NCBI RefSeq assembly: GCF_032444005.1
Contig: NC_091289.1
Span: 156,178,001 to 156,242,000, forward strand
From: Ranitomeya imitator
Lineage: Eukaryota
Direction: 5' to 3'
Length of the DNA: 64,000 nt
In this document: piece by piece, positions 63,011-64,000 of the stretch
Layout: each line of letters opens with the position of its first letter
How positions within the stretch are numbered: position 1 is the stretch's first letter
Made by a program: the position numbers and the translations under genes
The notes under the pieces: generated by a model
Databases searched by the model: none
What the model saw: only the letters and a program-made list of their open reading frames with translations
Told to the model about the DNA's origin: nothing

Positions 63011-63691
63011 AGTTGTTGGCTAAATAAGACACTGGAGCACCCCTAAGATACTCACACAAACACAAATGTTACCTTCAAGGCCACAGTACATCATGCAGAT
63101 CTGTATGAATGTTTATACTCCCCTATTTTTGGCCCTCCTATTGGTCCTACCACCAACACTCCTCTGATTCGCTCTTTGACGTACATTGCACCCCACCCGT
63201 AACACAGATAGAAGAAAGAAAACAGAAGAGCCAATAAGAACTACAGCAGTGGATGGATAGGTGGGCTTGTTTGTTTGTTTTTTTAAACTCCTTCCTGACT
63301 AGCCCCCATTTTGCTGGATTTGTCATTAATGAAATAAAAATATTCTGATTCAGGTGAATCTACATTTTTTTTTGCAAAATTCAAACCCAAAGTGAATTTG
63401 ATTCATCCACCTCTCATGCTTACGGATGGCAACGTGTTCTCCCCAGCCAGTGCTGCAATTCATACAACTCATAAAAGACTAATGTTTGGGGCATTTTTCA
63501 TTTATTATAATTCACACTGACAAGTTCGCTTTAACAGTCATGCAATAGCTAGCAGCGCTGAAAAATTTATCAGGAAATGAACGCTGCTCAAACCTCCCAG
63601 TCACAAGTTTAATCTGCTAATCAGGTTACCGCCATTGACTCAATGCAATCCCCAGTGTAACATAAAACATCCGTAGTTAAGCAGCACTTAC

Positions 63692-63891
63692 AGAAAGGGT
63701 TTCACTGTATAGAACATATTCATGAATGATTGGAATCAGATCATTGGAGAGCTTAGAATTTAAGGCTTCGGTGATCTTGGAGCACTTGTCAATGCAGCCT
63801 GCCACCCCTCTCAGGGGGTCCACTAGGTCCTCTTCAGAGGCAGACCACAAAGTATAGATGGGGCCATATTCTTTCATCTCCTCGTAATAAT
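63692..63891 (-). CDS. SNX7: SNX7 coding exon (200 nt; YYEEMKEYGPIYTLWSASEEDL...HEYVLYSETLS)
   Basis: Acceptor ccatAG|AT (phase 1) and donor TCT|GTaagt; EMKEYGPI..LWSASEEDLVD is an SNX7 BAR-domain motif. Upstream exons lie outside the window. Confidence 0.95.
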
Positions 63892-64000
63892 CTATGGAGC
63901 AATATACAACATTTTGAATAAGAGTTGAACAGAAAATATGTTTTTTTTTGGGGGGAAAGTCAAGTTCCATACAGCAAAATCGTTACTTCTACATTAAAAA

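Overview
Vertebrate, repeat-rich genomic window. The TE landscape looks anuran (frog); that is an inference, and no species is called. The only host gene I can support is the 3' half of SNX7 on the minus strand: four coding exons (63692-63891, 60470-60556, 50559-50711, 26899-26976) with GT/AG boundaries and compatible phases. The gene continues beyond the right edge. Almost everything else is transposon-derived. There is one apparently near-intact 1,612-bp IR-DR Tc1 element (by-eye perfect 200-bp TIRs, TA TSD, 334-aa DD34E ORF). There are also a decayed DD34E relative, a decayed DD37E Tc1-like element split by a solo LTR, and many MITEs (PIF/Harbinger-type, T2/Kolobok-type, hAT, Tc2/pogo-type). 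A piggyBac-type and a Helitron-type non-autonomous element, CR1 remains, solo LTRs and several minisatellites are also present. The most interesting signal is two sequence-unrelated ~420-440-bp insertions (13332-13767 and 52304-52718) with the same architecture. Each has a long TSD (14 and 11 bp), a ~170-180-bp unique segment and a foldback ending at or within 2 nt of the TSD. Each foldback carries back-to-back minimal hammerhead-ribozyme motifs of the Penelope-like type. All coordinates were counted by hand.
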